A DNA stretch of 63,426 bases from Patescibacteria group bacterium UBA4473 (GCA_002389285.1 DGOF01000029.1:1-63426); one strand, 5' to 3'; shown: positions 15,510 to 25,656, counted from the stretch's first letter. Made by a program: numbers and translations. Notes: generated by a model from the letters alone, not told the origin.

Positions 15510-18500
15510 ATGAAACGTTTTCTTGTACCGGCTTTCGTGTTTGGGTCTTTGCTTATGACTTTTTCTTGGGTGGAAGCCCAAGAGGCTGTTTCTCGGGTTC
15601 GATCCGTTGATGAAACACGGTCGGAGGAAAGAATTCAGCGAGATAAAGGCGATGGACTTCTTTTAGAGGCGATAGAAGAAGCGTTGAAGACGGATGAGTC
15701 TAATCCGATTTTGGAGGCACAGAAAAAAATGTTGGCCTATCGGATTGATAAATATGATGATTCGATACGTCCGCCGCAATCGGCCAATAATAATCGTTGG
15801 ACCAATGTGAATAATCGGCGAGTGACGAATTTGCGCTTTGAACAAATTCAAAACGTGGGACCTTCGGAACAACGCACGGAAATTTCTCGAGAATTAGATA
15901 TTTTGACTGGGCAAAGAGCCATTGATGAAAGTTTGCAATTAGGATCGATTGGGAGTGATCGGGATTTGGTGGATCGGGAACCGACGGTAGATATTTCGAC
16001 GATTGATCCGGTAGCGATTCCGTCTCATCCCTGGGAGGAAATGATTGAGGGGAAGTCGTTTGAAGTGCCTTTATCATCACACTTGGCGCCGAAAGATTCA
16101 TTTTATGTTTCGTTTAATGATCCCACACAAGTGAAGGAGATCGAAGATTTTGTCTTTCAGTCGGAGACGTTTGTGAAAGATCTCTATGGTTTTGGGGAGC
16201 TCATGCATTTGAAACCTAAAATGCTGGAACGGCTCGGTCTGCCGGATGATCCGCGACTTTTGTCTTCGCTGGAAGAACTGGCTTTTGTGAGTGATGATAT
16301 TGATTTTCGACATCGTGCGGACTATGCCCTGATTTTGAAATTCAAACCTGGCGCGGATCAGTTGTTCTCTTTCTTTTTTGGGGACACGACTATTCATGAT
16401 TCGATCGGGGATTATGTGGTGATTACGACGCATGATTCTTTTTTGAAAAAAATTCAAAAGACGTTCAAGACGCCCGCTTTGTCGTTGGCGCACGAACTTG
16501 ATTTTCACTATGCGCTTTCGGCGCTTGATCCCCGTCGCGATGGTGTGGTGTATTATTCAGATGCGTTTATCCGCAAACTCACCGGTCCGGCTTATCGTAT
16601 CAAAGCGCGACGACGGAACAATACGTTGAACCGACTCGAGACCTTGCAGTATATTGTCTTTGCCTATCGTGGTTTAGAAAATACCTGGCCGACGTCCTTT
16701 GATCAGTTGGTGGAGGAAGATTATCTGGAACCCAAAGCCGCCGAGACGCTTGAGGACTACGCTCTTGATGATGAAGGCCGGGTGTCGCATGAGGATTGGG
16801 GATCGCTTTGGGATCAGACGCCCGTGACACGGTTGGAAATTGATAGGGTTGGCGTTTCTGAAGCAGATCTTTATAAGCGATTTAATACGCGTTATCAGAG
16901 CTTTTTTCGAGAGTTCTTTGATCCGATTGGAATCGCGTTTGTGGTATCTGACCATGTGTACTTACATACCATCATCTTGCCGCTGATCGAACGCAGTGAG
17001 TATCGGACGTTGCAAAATTTCTTTTCCCAGACCCGTGATCTTTCGTTTTTGTCCGATCATCATCGCAAGGGGGCGCTTATGATTGGGGCGGGATTTTCTT
17101 TGGATGATGTTTTGCAACAATCTGGCTTTTGGGGGCGAAATCTTTCTTTTCCTAACGAAACGCCTTCGGAGGAAGATTTGAAAGAAATTTCTATTTTTAT
17201 GTCCGAAGCCGAATTGTTGGATGATCTCAATGATGAACATCCTTTGGCGGTGTATCAGCGAGAGTTAAGAAAACAAATACGCGCTGGAAAGACGCCGTCG
17301 AGTCGTGAAATATTGCGAGAGTTTCGGCGTCGAGGGCGGGTTTTAGATTTTGTAGGCGATGAAATTTTCTTCGGTATTGGGCGTGATAATATTTTTAGTC
17401 AGAATAATATTGCCAATCTGGATCTGTGGTTGGGGGTTGATCTCAAGAGCCGGGCGAAAGCCGAGCAGTTTATGCGGGATGTGTATGCAAAACTGTATGA
17501 AGAGATGAGTAGTAGTCGACGGGGTGGGTTTGGATTTTTTCAGCTCAGTTCCAATGAACCCTTGGCGAATGAATACTTAGGCCATACGTTTTATATTATC
17601 CCGACGGGGTTTATCAATCTCTATTACACATTCTTTGAGGATACGCTGTATTTCTCGGTTTCGCAGTTGTCGATCAATCGTCTTATCGAAGCGCGTCAGA
17701 GTGCGGTCGAAGAAGTCTTACAGGACACTTTACAGCGTCCAGTCGCTTTTACCGGGACCAAGCATAACATCATGGCGATGATGGATCTGTCGGCGATCTC
17801 TCGCTATGGGGTGACGCCGGATTTGATTCCGGCGCGATCGACGTATCAAGTGCGAAAACAGTATCGAGAGCAGGTGTATCGTCTCCAAGAAGCGTTGACC
17901 TTGGCGCAATCGTTGCCCGACTATGATGGGACGTTGAGCAACACGGCATCGTATTATCGGAACCTGCCGATGGACCTGCTTGAAGCTTCGTTTGAGGTGC
18001 GGGAGGGCAAGCTGTTCTTTGTGTTGAATGGGGAAGATTTTGAAGTCGAGCAACATGCTTTCCCCGATATGTATAGTTATGGAAGAAATTCGCATCCTGA
18101 ATCCAAGCCTCAAATACCGCTGGATCGATTGGCCAATAGTGTCGATGCGCTGGAGGAGGTTCAAGCCTGGATGAAGCTTTATGAGTCGGCGACGGTGGGG
18201 GTGTCGTTTACCGAAGAAGGTTTGGAAGTCAAAATGGCCATTAAAAATAATGCCCATAAAGGAGAGCCGGATGCGCGGTTTGCTGCTGCAGGACTCGATG
18301 GGACGCCCACGGGAGCTCCGGCTTTGAAAATGAAGATGAATGTTCCGAAAGAAGTCTACTGGGTGATCATTGGTTTGATCTTGGGCGTTTTGGGCGCCAA
18401 GATGGTCTCGATGCATGGCAAGCTTTCGGTGAGGGAAGAAGCTGCTCCGGTTGCCCCAACGCCGCCGGTTGCACCATCACCAAAAGCCCCCGACAGTCCG

Positions 18501-18515
18501 TTTGAAGGGGAATAA
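15510..18515 (+). CDS. Large exported hypothetical protein (signal peptide, C-terminal TM anchor, Pro-rich tail)
   Basis: 1001-aa uninterrupted ORF. N-terminal signal MKRFLVPAFVFGSLLMTFSWVEAQE. C-terminal TM VYWVIIGLILGVLGAKMVS, then APVAPTPPVAPSPKAP. No family recognised. Confidence 0.75.
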   Translation: MKRFLVPAFVFGSLLMTFSWVEAQEAVSRVRSVDETRSEERIQRDKGDGLLLEAIEEALKTDESNPILEAQKKMLAYRIDKYDDSIRPPQSANNNRWTNVNNRRVTNLRFEQIQNVGPSEQRTEISRELDILTGQRAIDESLQLGSIGSDRDLVDREPTVDISTIDPVAIPSHPWEEMIEGKSFEVPLSSHLAPKDSFYVSFNDPTQVKEIEDFVFQSETFVKDLYGFGELMHLKPKMLERLGLPDDPRLLSSLEELAFVSDDIDFRHRADYALILKFKPGADQLFSFFFGDTTIHDSIGDYVVITTHDSFLKKIQKTFKTPALSLAHELDFHYALSALDPRRDGVVYYSDAFIRKLTGPAYRIKARRRNNTLNRLETLQYIVFAYRGLENTWPTSFDQLVEEDYLEPKAAETLEDYALDDEGRVSHEDWGSLWDQTPVTRLEIDRVGVSEADLYKRFNTRYQSFFREFFDPIGIAFVVSDHVYLHTIILPLIERSEYRTLQNFFSQTRDLSFLSDHHRKGALMIGAGFSLDDVLQQSGFWGRNLSFPNETPSEEDLKEISIFMSEAELLDDLNDEHPLAVYQRELRKQIRAGKTPSSREILREFRRRGRVLDFVGDEIFFGIGRDNIFSQNNIANLDLWLGVDLKSRAKAEQFMRDVYAKLYEEMSSSRRGGFGFFQLSSNEPLANEYLGHTFYIIPTGFINLYYTFFEDTLYFSVSQLSINRLIEARQSAVEEVLQDTLQRPVAFTGTKHNIMAMMDLSAISRYGVTPDLIPARSTYQVRKQYREQVYRLQEALTLAQSLPDYDGTLSNTASYYRNLPMDLLEASFEVREGKLFFVLNGEDFEVEQHAFPDMYSYGRNSHPESKPQIPLDRLANSVDALEEVQAWMKLYESATVGVSFTEEGLEVKMAIKNNAHKGEPDARFAAAGLDGTPTGAPALKMKMNVPKEVYWVIIGLILGVLGAKMVSMHGKLSVREEAAPVAPTPPVAPSPKAPDSPFEGE

Positions 18516-18640
18516 AATTTGAGGTAAAGAAAAACGCGAGATCTCCCGTAAAAATAAATGGGAAGAGTTCCGCCCGCGTTTTTCATATTATATTACCACA
18601 GGATGGATATAATTGCAAGTGCTTTTGGGGAGGATTTTCC

Positions 18641-19501
18641 TTAATCCACATCAAAGACCTGCCGCAAAAGGCTGTCGATAAAACGGAAGCGGAGTTTTTT
18701 GACGCCGGAGAATTCGCGTTGGACAAAAGAGATCATCGGGATGCCGGCGATTTCTCGGATGCGGAGGTTTTCTTCGAAGATACCGCGGAGCGAGGGATCA
18801 AACTGAAACTTTATGTTTTTTTCGTCACACAGAGAGATGAGATTGATCGTGTGCTCAAACGCATCGCACTGAATCAAGGCGGTGATGTTCTCTTCTTCAC
18901 AGAGGGTTTCGAGTTTATTCAGTTTGCCGAGAATCTGTGAGCCTTTTATCTGTGAAGATAGTCCATAGGGATCAATGACCCCGATGATTTTGTGCGGGGC
19001 GTAGGCGTTGTTTTCAATCGCGTGAATCAATCGTTCGGCCGTTCTATTGGCTCCTACGACCAGGGTTCGGTAGATGTGGCGTTCTTGGCGTTTGAAGCCT
19101 TTGAGGAGCTGTCGGGTTAAAAGCTGCGTGAGGACCAACCAGAGCGTTCCAAAGCTAAAACTATACACACTGATGAGGCGAGAGAAGAGAATTTCGCGGG
19201 GGAAGAAGTAGCTGACGATCATGACGCCGGTGGCAATGGCGCCGCCGAGGAAGATTAAGATGATATCAAAGCTGACGCGGGAGCCGGATCGGGGTGGGAC
19301 GCGGTAGTATTTCGCCAGCATGAGGAAGCCCATCCAGATCAAGGTGCTGAAAAGCGCCACCAGGGCGTAGAGGTGAAAGGGGAAATCCGTGGAAAAGATC
19401 CATCCGACCCGGAGAAAGTACGCCAGCATAAACGCCCCCAAGATGCCGCAGACATCAAGAAGTATTTGGAGGAGCCGGAGATAGATCCAGGTTTTGGACA
19501 T
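18641..19501 (-). pseudogene. WbaP-like polyprenyl-phosphate sugar transferase. Only the N-terminal TM and CoA-binding-like region is present; the catalytic domain is missing.
   Basis: 286 aa with 4-5 TM helices, then TLVVGANRTAERLIHAIENN...KIIGVIDP (Rossmann-like linker). The ORF ends at GVKKLRFRFIDSLLRQVFDVD, about where the Bac_transf catalytic domain normally starts. It could be a truncated remnant or a stand-alone module. Confidence 0.5.
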
Positions 19502-19572
19502 AGCAATAACTAATATAATGAAAAATTAAAAATTAAACATTAAAATTTATTTGACGGGGAGGCTCTTTGGAA

Positions 19573-20028
19573 TTACGATTTTGTTACAAGTTTGCCCTCT
19601 TGAGGGTTCCCTCCGATTTTGATCGGGGGGTTATTTTTTGTAATGAACTGAATAAATTGTTTTTGCAGATTTTTAAAATCATGGATTTTCATCTGTCCAA
19701 GTTTGTGATGAAGTCTTTTTGCGTCGATATATCTAATTTGGGAAAGATATACATATTGAAACTTATTTTGGTATTTGAATTTGAAATAATAATTCCCTGA
19801 TTTTTGTTTTGAGGTAAGTGGGAGAATGATACAGGCATCATCAAATACTTTTCTGAAAATAATGGCAGGTCTTAAGAAATCATCTCCTTTTCCATAGATT
19901 TCGCTTGCGATGTTTTGTCCAAACTGGACCCACCAAATTTCTCGATCAGAAAAATAAGGACCGGGGCCTTTTTTATGAATGCGTTGTTTATCTTTGTTCC
20001 AAATATTGAAGAGTGTTTCAATGTTCAT
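19573..20028 (-). CDS. PemK/MazF-like toxin family protein (long ~150-aa form)
   Basis: 151 aa. REIWWVQFGQNIASEIYGKGDDFLRPAIIF...ILPLTSKQK...YLSQIRYIDAKRL resembles the MazF/PemK fold signature. Confidence 0.55.
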   Translation of the reverse strand: MNIETLFNIWNKDKQRIHKKGPGPYFSDREIWWVQFGQNIASEIYGKGDDFLRPAIIFRKVFDDACIILPLTSKQKSGNYYFKFKYQNKFQYVYLSQIRYIDAKRLHHKLGQMKIHDFKNLQKQFIQFITKNNPPIKIGGNPQEGKLVTKS

Positions 20029-20149
20029 TTCTTTTTTGTAGCGGAAAAAGTTTGTCTCTCAAAATATTTAATCTGGATTTAATGTAGGCGTACACGCGAA
20101 CAGGTTTCTTCAAGATGCATCTTTTCATCAAGCAAATCTAGGTTCAGAT

Positions 20150-20182
20150 AAAAAAAAGCCGATCAGGGGATCGGCTTTTTTG
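20150..20182. terminator. Bidirectional intrinsic terminator downstream of the pilin gene
   Basis: The sequence aaaaaaaGCCGATCagggGATCGGCtttttt forms a stem (20157-20164 with 20169-20176) flanked by an A-run and a T-run. Confidence 0.75.
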
Positions 20183-20202
20183 AAAGACTTTCTAAAAGAG
20201 AA

Positions 20203-20724
20203 CTAAGTTGCGTCCGTAGCAGTTCCGTTGATTGATACGCCTTTCGCAGCAGAGGTGAAGGCGGTACTGACATCATCAAGAGCGTCAAGATTAGAATCAC
20301 AAGTAAGGCCCTTCGCAGCCGCAATAGGATCTGCGCCAGTAATGCCATTTACGGCAGCTGCACTTCCTTCGGCATAATAGGCATCGCCTTTATCAGCCGC
20401 GACAATCACCAAAAATTCTTCGCCTTCACCGATGTAAAAATAACATTTGTTTCGATCCGCTGTTGGAAGTTGGGATCCGGTATTGGTTACAGCGGTTGTG
20501 ATCGTGCTGTCAAGATATCCTCCCATTTTATCATTCGCAGCAGTGTCTCCACTATCCATAATGAGGGCTGTGTAGATAGATTTCACATTTGCTTGTCGGG
20601 CATTGTTTCGGGCATTTTCCATTTGTGTCTGATAGGTTCCAACAGAGATGCTGGCCAAGACGCCAATGATTACCACTGCGACTAAGAGCTCAATAAGTGT
20701 AAAACCAAAGCGTTTTGTTTTCAT
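20203..20724 (-). CDS. Type IV pilin / pseudopilin (prepilin-type N-terminal cleavage/methylation domain)
   Basis: 173 aa starting MKTKRFGFTLIELLVAVVIIGVLASI, the class III signal peptide with the invariant Glu5. Confidence 0.85.
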   Translation of the reverse strand: MKTKRFGFTLIELLVAVVIIGVLASISVGTYQTQMENARNNARQANVKSIYTALIMDSGDTAANDKMGGYLDSTITTAVTNTGSQLPTADRNKCYFYIGEGEEFLVIVAADKGDAYYAEGSAAAVNGITGADPIAAAKGLTCDSNLDALDDVSTAFTSAAKGVSINGTATDAT

Positions 20725-20931
20725 GATTATAAAAAGGTAAAGAGAAGGGAAAACTTCACGGGGTATTGTAGTGCCGGAGGAGCCTTGCTGGCAACCGTTT
20801 TGATGGTGAAATGAGTGGCGAGAAAGAGAGAATTATGTTAAAAGTGATTAATCAAAAATTAATTTTCATTCTTGAGGCTTCCTCTTATACTGGACACGAC
20901 CTTTTCTTAGCTTTTTAATTTTCTATTTATT

Positions 20932-21894
20932 ATGTCAGTACTGGAGAATACGATTTCAGAGATTATTTGTTCGGGAGCGGAAAATCATCACTCGGGTAAA
21001 GTCCGTGAAAGTTTTACGTTTGCAAATGGCAAGCGCGCGATTGTCGTGAGTGATCGTATTTCTTCTTTTGATTTTATTCTTGGTACGGTGCCGTACAAAG
21101 GCCAGGTGCTCAATCAGATTGCGGCGTGGTGGTTTCGGCAGCTCGATGGGGTGGTTCCGCATCATTTGATCGATACGCCGGATCCGAATATCTCCGTGGT
21201 GAAAAATGCCCAGGTGTTGCCGATTGAGATTATTGTGCGAGGCTACCTGACGGGATCGACGAAGACGTCGTCTTGGTATGCGTATAATAATTTAGACCGG
21301 GTGATCTGTGGGCTGGAGATGCCGGAGGGGATGGTCAAGAACCAAGCCTTTGGGGCACCGATGATCACCCCGACGACGAAGCCTGAGACAGGACATGATG
21401 AACCGGTGACACGCGATGAGATCTTTGAGCGCGGGCTTGTGCCAGAAGATATCTACACACAGGCGGAGGCCTATGCGTTAAAGATGTTTGCGTTGGGGCA
21501 GAAGAAAGCGGCCGAACGCGGATTGATCTTGGTCGATACCAAATATGAAATGGGACTCGATGCGGAGGGAAACCTGATGGTGATCGATGAGGTGCATACA
21601 CCGGATTCGTCACGGTATTGGGTGGCGGATAGCTACGAGGCGCGTATGGCGGCGGGACAAGAGCCGGAAATGCTGGACAAAGAGTTCGTGCGTCGCATGA
21701 TTGTCGAGGCGGGCTATGATGTGGAGAATGATGATCAAGATCCGGCGGACTTCATGACGGACGCCATTCGTTTGGAAGCGTCCAAGAAATATATTCAGTT
21801 GTACGAAAAAATTACGGGTGAAAGCTTTGCGTATCCCGCCGAAGGGAGTGCGCGTGAGCGTATTGAGCAAGCGCTTGCTTCCATAAACTCTTAA
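20932..21894 (+). CDS. purC: Phosphoribosylaminoimidazole-succinocarboxamide synthase (SAICAR synthetase)
   Basis: 320 aa with GKVRESF, IVVSDRISSFDF, IIVRGYLTGS, LILVDTKYEMG and DEVHTPDSSRYW. Confidence 0.9.
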   Translation: MSVLENTISEIICSGAENHHSGKVRESFTFANGKRAIVVSDRISSFDFILGTVPYKGQVLNQIAAWWFRQLDGVVPHHLIDTPDPNISVVKNAQVLPIEIIVRGYLTGSTKTSSWYAYNNLDRVICGLEMPEGMVKNQAFGAPMITPTTKPETGHDEPVTRDEIFERGLVPEDIYTQAEAYALKMFALGQKKAAERGLILVDTKYEMGLDAEGNLMVIDEVHTPDSSRYWVADSYEARMAAGQEPEMLDKEFVRRMIVEAGYDVENDDQDPADFMTDAIRLEASKKYIQLYEKITGESFAYPAEGSARERIEQALASINS

Positions 21895-21897
21895 CCC

Positions 21898-22563
21898 ATG
21901 CGCTTTGATGTCCTGACGCTTTTTCCCGAAGCTTTTGAAAGTTTTTTGAAGACGTCGATGATCGGTCGGGCGGTGGAAAAAGGGCTGATCGATGTGCAGC
22001 TTTTTAACATTCGTGATTTTTCTACGGATAAACATCACTCCGTGGACGATGAGCCCTATGGAGGGGGGGCTGGCATGTTGATGATGTGTCAGCCGTTGTT
22101 TGACAGTATTGAGCATGTGAAAGGTTTGGTGGCGGATGAGGCGCCGGTGATATTCATGACGCCGCAAGGAGATGTCTTTGATCAAACCGTTGCGGAATCG
22201 ATAGTTGATCAAAAAAAGTGTTCAAGAATGATTTTGCTCTGTGGACACTACGAAGGTATTGATCAGCGGGTTCGCGATGCGCTCGTGGATCGCGAAATTT
22301 CTTTGGGAAACTTTGTTTTGACCGGCGGTGAGTTGCCGGCGCAGGTGTTTATCGATGCGGTAGGGCGTTTGGTGCCCGGCGTTTTAGGAAAAGCGGCCAG
22401 CCATCAAGAAGAAAGCTTTTCGGCGCACCTTGATCGTAAAAAAGAATATCCGCACTATACACGTCCGGCGGAATTTCGAGGCCTTAAAGTCCCCGACGTG
22501 CTGCTTTCGGGGCATCATGCGGAAATTGAACTGTGGCGGAAAAACAATTGTAAGGACTCGTAG
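21898..22563 (+). CDS. trmD: tRNA (guanine37-N1)-methyltransferase
   Basis: 221 aa with MRFDVLTLFPE, HHSVDDEPYGGGAGMLM, LCGHYEGIDQRV, SLGNFVLTGGELPA and YTRPAEFRG. Confidence 0.95.
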   Translation: MRFDVLTLFPEAFESFLKTSMIGRAVEKGLIDVQLFNIRDFSTDKHHSVDDEPYGGGAGMLMMCQPLFDSIEHVKGLVADEAPVIFMTPQGDVFDQTVAESIVDQKKCSRMILLCGHYEGIDQRVRDALVDREISLGNFVLTGGELPAQVFIDAVGRLVPGVLGKAASHQEESFSAHLDRKKEYPHYTRPAEFRGLKVPDVLLSGHHAEIELWRKNNCKDS

Positions 22564-22570
22564 CTTGTTT

Positions 22571-23407
22571 CTAGATTTCGACTTCTTGGACCTGCTCGAG
22601 CGGCGCGTCTTTTTGTCCGTAGTCATCCCCAAATCGGGTCTGGACGTTGAGGAAGTCGGTTCCGTAGCTCTGGAAGATGGCGTTGTAAAAGTATTTCGCC
22701 CAGCCATTTCCAAGGCCCAAACAAGCCATAAGGAGTGGGAGGGTGAGGAAGGCGACGAGCGCGATGTTTGTGATGCCCATCAGGCTGGCAATGCCGGCGA
22801 AGACACAGAGGCCGAGGACGACGCCGTAGAGATCGACGAGCGCGTAGCGTGACCGTCGGAGAATTTCAAAGCTCAGGACACTAAAGAGGACGGAGATCGT
22901 CCAGTGAAAAATACCTAATATCGAGACGCCGGTGGGGCCAAACATGATATTGCCTAATATATAGACTAAGAGCATGAGAAGTCCTATGACGAGATTACCA
23001 ATGAATACATGAGTGAGGGCGGTGGACCTGATTTCGGTTTCTCCTCGGATGGTTGTAGAAAGGAGTACGTGTGTGACGTTGGCGATCAGGGCCGAAAGAA
23101 AGACGCTCATCATAACGACACTCAAAAAGAGGGGATGCGCCGGTGATTCATCTATTTCGAGGGCATCGAGGGCGAGTTCTTCGGTGGTTTTGTTTTCTGA
23201 AATATCAGAAAGAGTTCCCCCAACAATAGACCAACTAAAAAACAAAATAATGCCGAGGACGATACTGCCTGCAAATCCGGAACTAAATCCCACGAATACT
23301 TGAGAGAAAACACGAAGATGGGGGAATGGAAGCAGTGAAGTTGGAGAAGTCATAAGGGGAGAACTGAATGTCGGAAATATTGTCGCGCGTTTTTTATGAA
23401 TCGTCAA
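22571..23407 (-). CDS. Hypothetical polytopic membrane protein
   Basis: 278-aa ORF with about 7 hydrophobic helices. No family recognised. Confidence 0.65.
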   Translation of the reverse strand: MTIHKKRATIFPTFSSPLMTSPTSLLPFPHLRVFSQVFVGFSSGFAGSIVLGIILFFSWSIVGGTLSDISENKTTEELALDALEIDESPAHPLFLSVVMMSVFLSALIANVTHVLLSTTIRGETEIRSTALTHVFIGNLVIGLLMLLVYILGNIMFGPTGVSILGIFHWTISVLFSVLSFEILRRSRYALVDLYGVVLGLCVFAGIASLMGITNIALVAFLTLPLLMACLGLGNGWAKYFYNAIFQSYGTDFLNVQTRFGDDYGQKDAPLEQVQEVEI

Positions 23408-23491
23408 ATAATGGAGCTTTGTGTATAAAAAAAGCGTGGACCGATGGGCCCACGCTTTTTTTGAAAGTAATCTGCAAATATTTGCGATTAA

Positions 23492-24013
23492 TTACGGCGT
23501 TTCTTCTTCTTTTTTACTTTCTTCTTTGTCTTTTAAGACTTGTTCCGCTGCAGAAAGTGTTGTCTCAGGAGCTTTGGTTTCTGCTTCTGGTGCGGGCGCT
23601 TCTGTTACTGGCGGTGCGGGAGTTTCTGCGACAGGAGGGGTCGCTGCTTCAGGAGCAGCTTCTTCTGGTGCCGGCGGTGTTGGGATCGTGTATCCTGGTT
23701 TGGCCACGCCTGGGGAAGCACATTGCATGCCCAAGAGGTCGGCTTCTTGTCGGTTTGCACCTTCTCCTGCGTAAATATTGATGGGTTCACATCGTTGTCC
23801 CATGTTGATGAGTTGAACGATGATTTCTTGTGCGGCGGCTTTAACGCCTCTTTCTTGTCCCGCTTGTTGGCCGTCTTGGACTCCGGTTTTATAGATTCCA
23901 ACGACGATGGTTTTCTTTACGTCGGCGACAACGTAGAAGAGAGAAAAGAGGACCCAGATGACGAGGATCACTTTGGCGAAAGACCATTCTTTCGAATTGA
24001 TGGGATTTTGCAT
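23492..24013 (-). CDS. Hypothetical membrane-anchored protein with a Pro/Ala/Glu-rich C-terminus
   Basis: 173 aa with an N-terminal TM helix (FAKVILVIWVLFSLFYVV) and a PTPPAPEEAAPEAATPPVAETPAPPVTEAPAPEAE tail. Confidence 0.6.
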   Translation of the reverse strand: MQNPINSKEWSFAKVILVIWVLFSLFYVVADVKKTIVVGIYKTGVQDGQQAGQERGVKAAAQEIIVQLINMGQRCEPINIYAGEGANRQEADLLGMQCASPGVAKPGYTIPTPPAPEEAAPEAATPPVAETPAPPVTEAPAPEAETKAPETTLSAAEQVLKDKEESKKEEETP

Positions 24014-24264
24014 GACAAAAAAAGGTTAAGAAAAAGTTTCGAATCTGATTATTAATCAAACTTTTTACAAGAATCAACCTTTTTTTGCAAAAATCCCTTG
24101 CCAGATCTCTCTTCCGTAGTTGCTTTAGGCCTTTTTAACCAGAAGTAAAAAACATCTTGAGGCTTCTTTAAAAAAAGTTTGCACTCCCTTATGAAACTCT
24201 TTACACTACTTTCGACTTTAATGTCTTATCCCTTTATCTTCGTACTTTTCATTTTCCTTACCCC

Positions 24265-24924
24265 ATGAAAAAAATTATCTTGACGGCTTTTGTATTAGGT
24301 CTCGGAATGACCTTTATTTCTTCACAGGAAGCGCATGCCTACAAAGAAGAGGCCGTGAGTCGTTTCGCAGCAAAGAAAACTTTCGGTCGAAAATTGCGAA
24401 GTGCTATGCAAAAACGTTGGAATCTTGATTACAAAGAACTCTACATTCGAGATAAATCTTACAAAAATCGTCTGAATCAGATCGAACGTCATAAAGATGG
24501 AATGTTTGCGGGAAATGTAAATGAGCGTTCAACTCAATCTGTTCGAACGGGAGCTTTGACGGACTATTCTGGTCGACGAAATAATAGTGAGTCGAATTAC
24601 GGGACGGTGAACACGCCCAAAAGAAACTTTCGTCGTCGAGCTATTGATTACTATGTTGATGGAGGATACGCAGATCGTCCGGTTTTGGAACAGGGCACTC
24701 GTATGTCGACTCATCGTGTAAAACGAATTCCTGATTCTTACTACAACAGAGGTCTTTTCGACAGCGATATCAAGGATCGGATTCGAAAAACACAAAAAGC
24801 TCTTAAATCTCCAGATCAAGTAGGAGCGGGACAACAGCGACAACGAAGTTACCGAAAAGGATCTTCTTATCGATCTTTTTCTCACCCTTTCATGAATAAT
24901 TCAGTTTTCGGTTCACCTGAATAG
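24265..24924 (+). CDS. Hypothetical secreted basic protein
   Basis: 219 aa with signal peptide MKKIILTAFVLGLGMTFISSQEAHA. It is Arg/Lys/Tyr-rich and I recognise no family. Confidence 0.6.
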   Translation: MKKIILTAFVLGLGMTFISSQEAHAYKEEAVSRFAAKKTFGRKLRSAMQKRWNLDYKELYIRDKSYKNRLNQIERHKDGMFAGNVNERSTQSVRTGALTDYSGRRNNSESNYGTVNTPKRNFRRRAIDYYVDGGYADRPVLEQGTRMSTHRVKRIPDSYYNRGLFDSDIKDRIRKTQKALKSPDQVGAGQQRQRSYRKGSSYRSFSHPFMNNSVFGSPE

Positions 24925-24984
24925 TTAGGTTTTTCTAAAAGATTTTTAAAAAGCGTAGGCATTCTTGTCTGCGCTTTTTTTGTA

Positions 24985-25626
24985 TTATATTTGTGCGGAA
25001 GGACAGACATCTTTGAAAAAACAGTCCTTGCATTTAGGCTTTGGGGCGCGGCAGGTATCACGTCCAAACTGAACGAGTTGATGAGAGAGTTTTCCCCATT
25101 GATCTTGAGGGAGTTTTTTCATGAGATCTTTTTCGATTTTTATCGGGTCTTTGTGCTGAGTGAGTCCTACTCGCTGACTGATGCGACCCACATGGGTATC
25201 CACGACAAACCCAATATTCTTTCCCCACACATTCCAGAGGACGACGTTGGCGGTTTTGCGGCCGACTCCCGAGAGGGCGGTGAGTTCCTCCATGGTATCG
25301 GGGAGTTGTCCGTTGTGTTTGAGGAGGAGTTTGTGAGCGGATTGGTGGAGTGATCGTGCTTTATTTCGAAAAAATCCTGTCGAATGGATGGTTTTTTCGA
25401 GTTCTTCAATGGGTTTGGCGACGTAGCTTTCAAGGTCTGGAAAGCGTTGAAAGAGTGTTTGGGTCACAATATTGACGCGTTTGTCGGTGCACTGCGCAGA
25501 AAGAATGACCGCGAAGAGGAGTGTCCAGGGTTTTTTTCGGTCCCACTGTAAATGACATTCTTCATCTTGATAATGTGTTTTGAGTCGATCGACAAAAACA
25601 AGTGGGAGAATGGACTTCATAATCAT
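24985..25626 (-). CDS. nth: Endonuclease III (DNA glycosylase/AP lyase, HhH-GPD with a 4Fe-4S cluster loop)
   Basis: LLFAVILSAQCTDKRVN, LSGVGRKTANVVL, VDTHVGRISQRVGL and C-terminal CRAPKPKCKDCFFKDVC. I place the start at MIMKS (25626) rather than the track's 25722. The upstream 32 aa are not Nth-like and overlap the neighbouring gene. Confidence 0.85.
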   Translation of the reverse strand: MIMKSILPLVFVDRLKTHYQDEECHLQWDRKKPWTLLFAVILSAQCTDKRVNIVTQTLFQRFPDLESYVAKPIEELEKTIHSTGFFRNKARSLHQSAHKLLLKHNGQLPDTMEELTALSGVGRKTANVVLWNVWGKNIGFVVDTHVGRISQRVGLTQHKDPIKIEKDLMKKLPQDQWGKLSHQLVQFGRDTCRAPKPKCKDCFFKDVCPSAQI

Positions 25627-25656
25627 CTCAAAAAAGAGTATTCTCACCCTACGAAA

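Noticed and set aside
20018-20128. Small basic ORF upstream of the MazF-like gene as its antitoxin
   Set aside because: It is very short, strongly basic and has no antitoxin-like DNA-binding motif. It is mentioned in a finding but not annotated as a feature.
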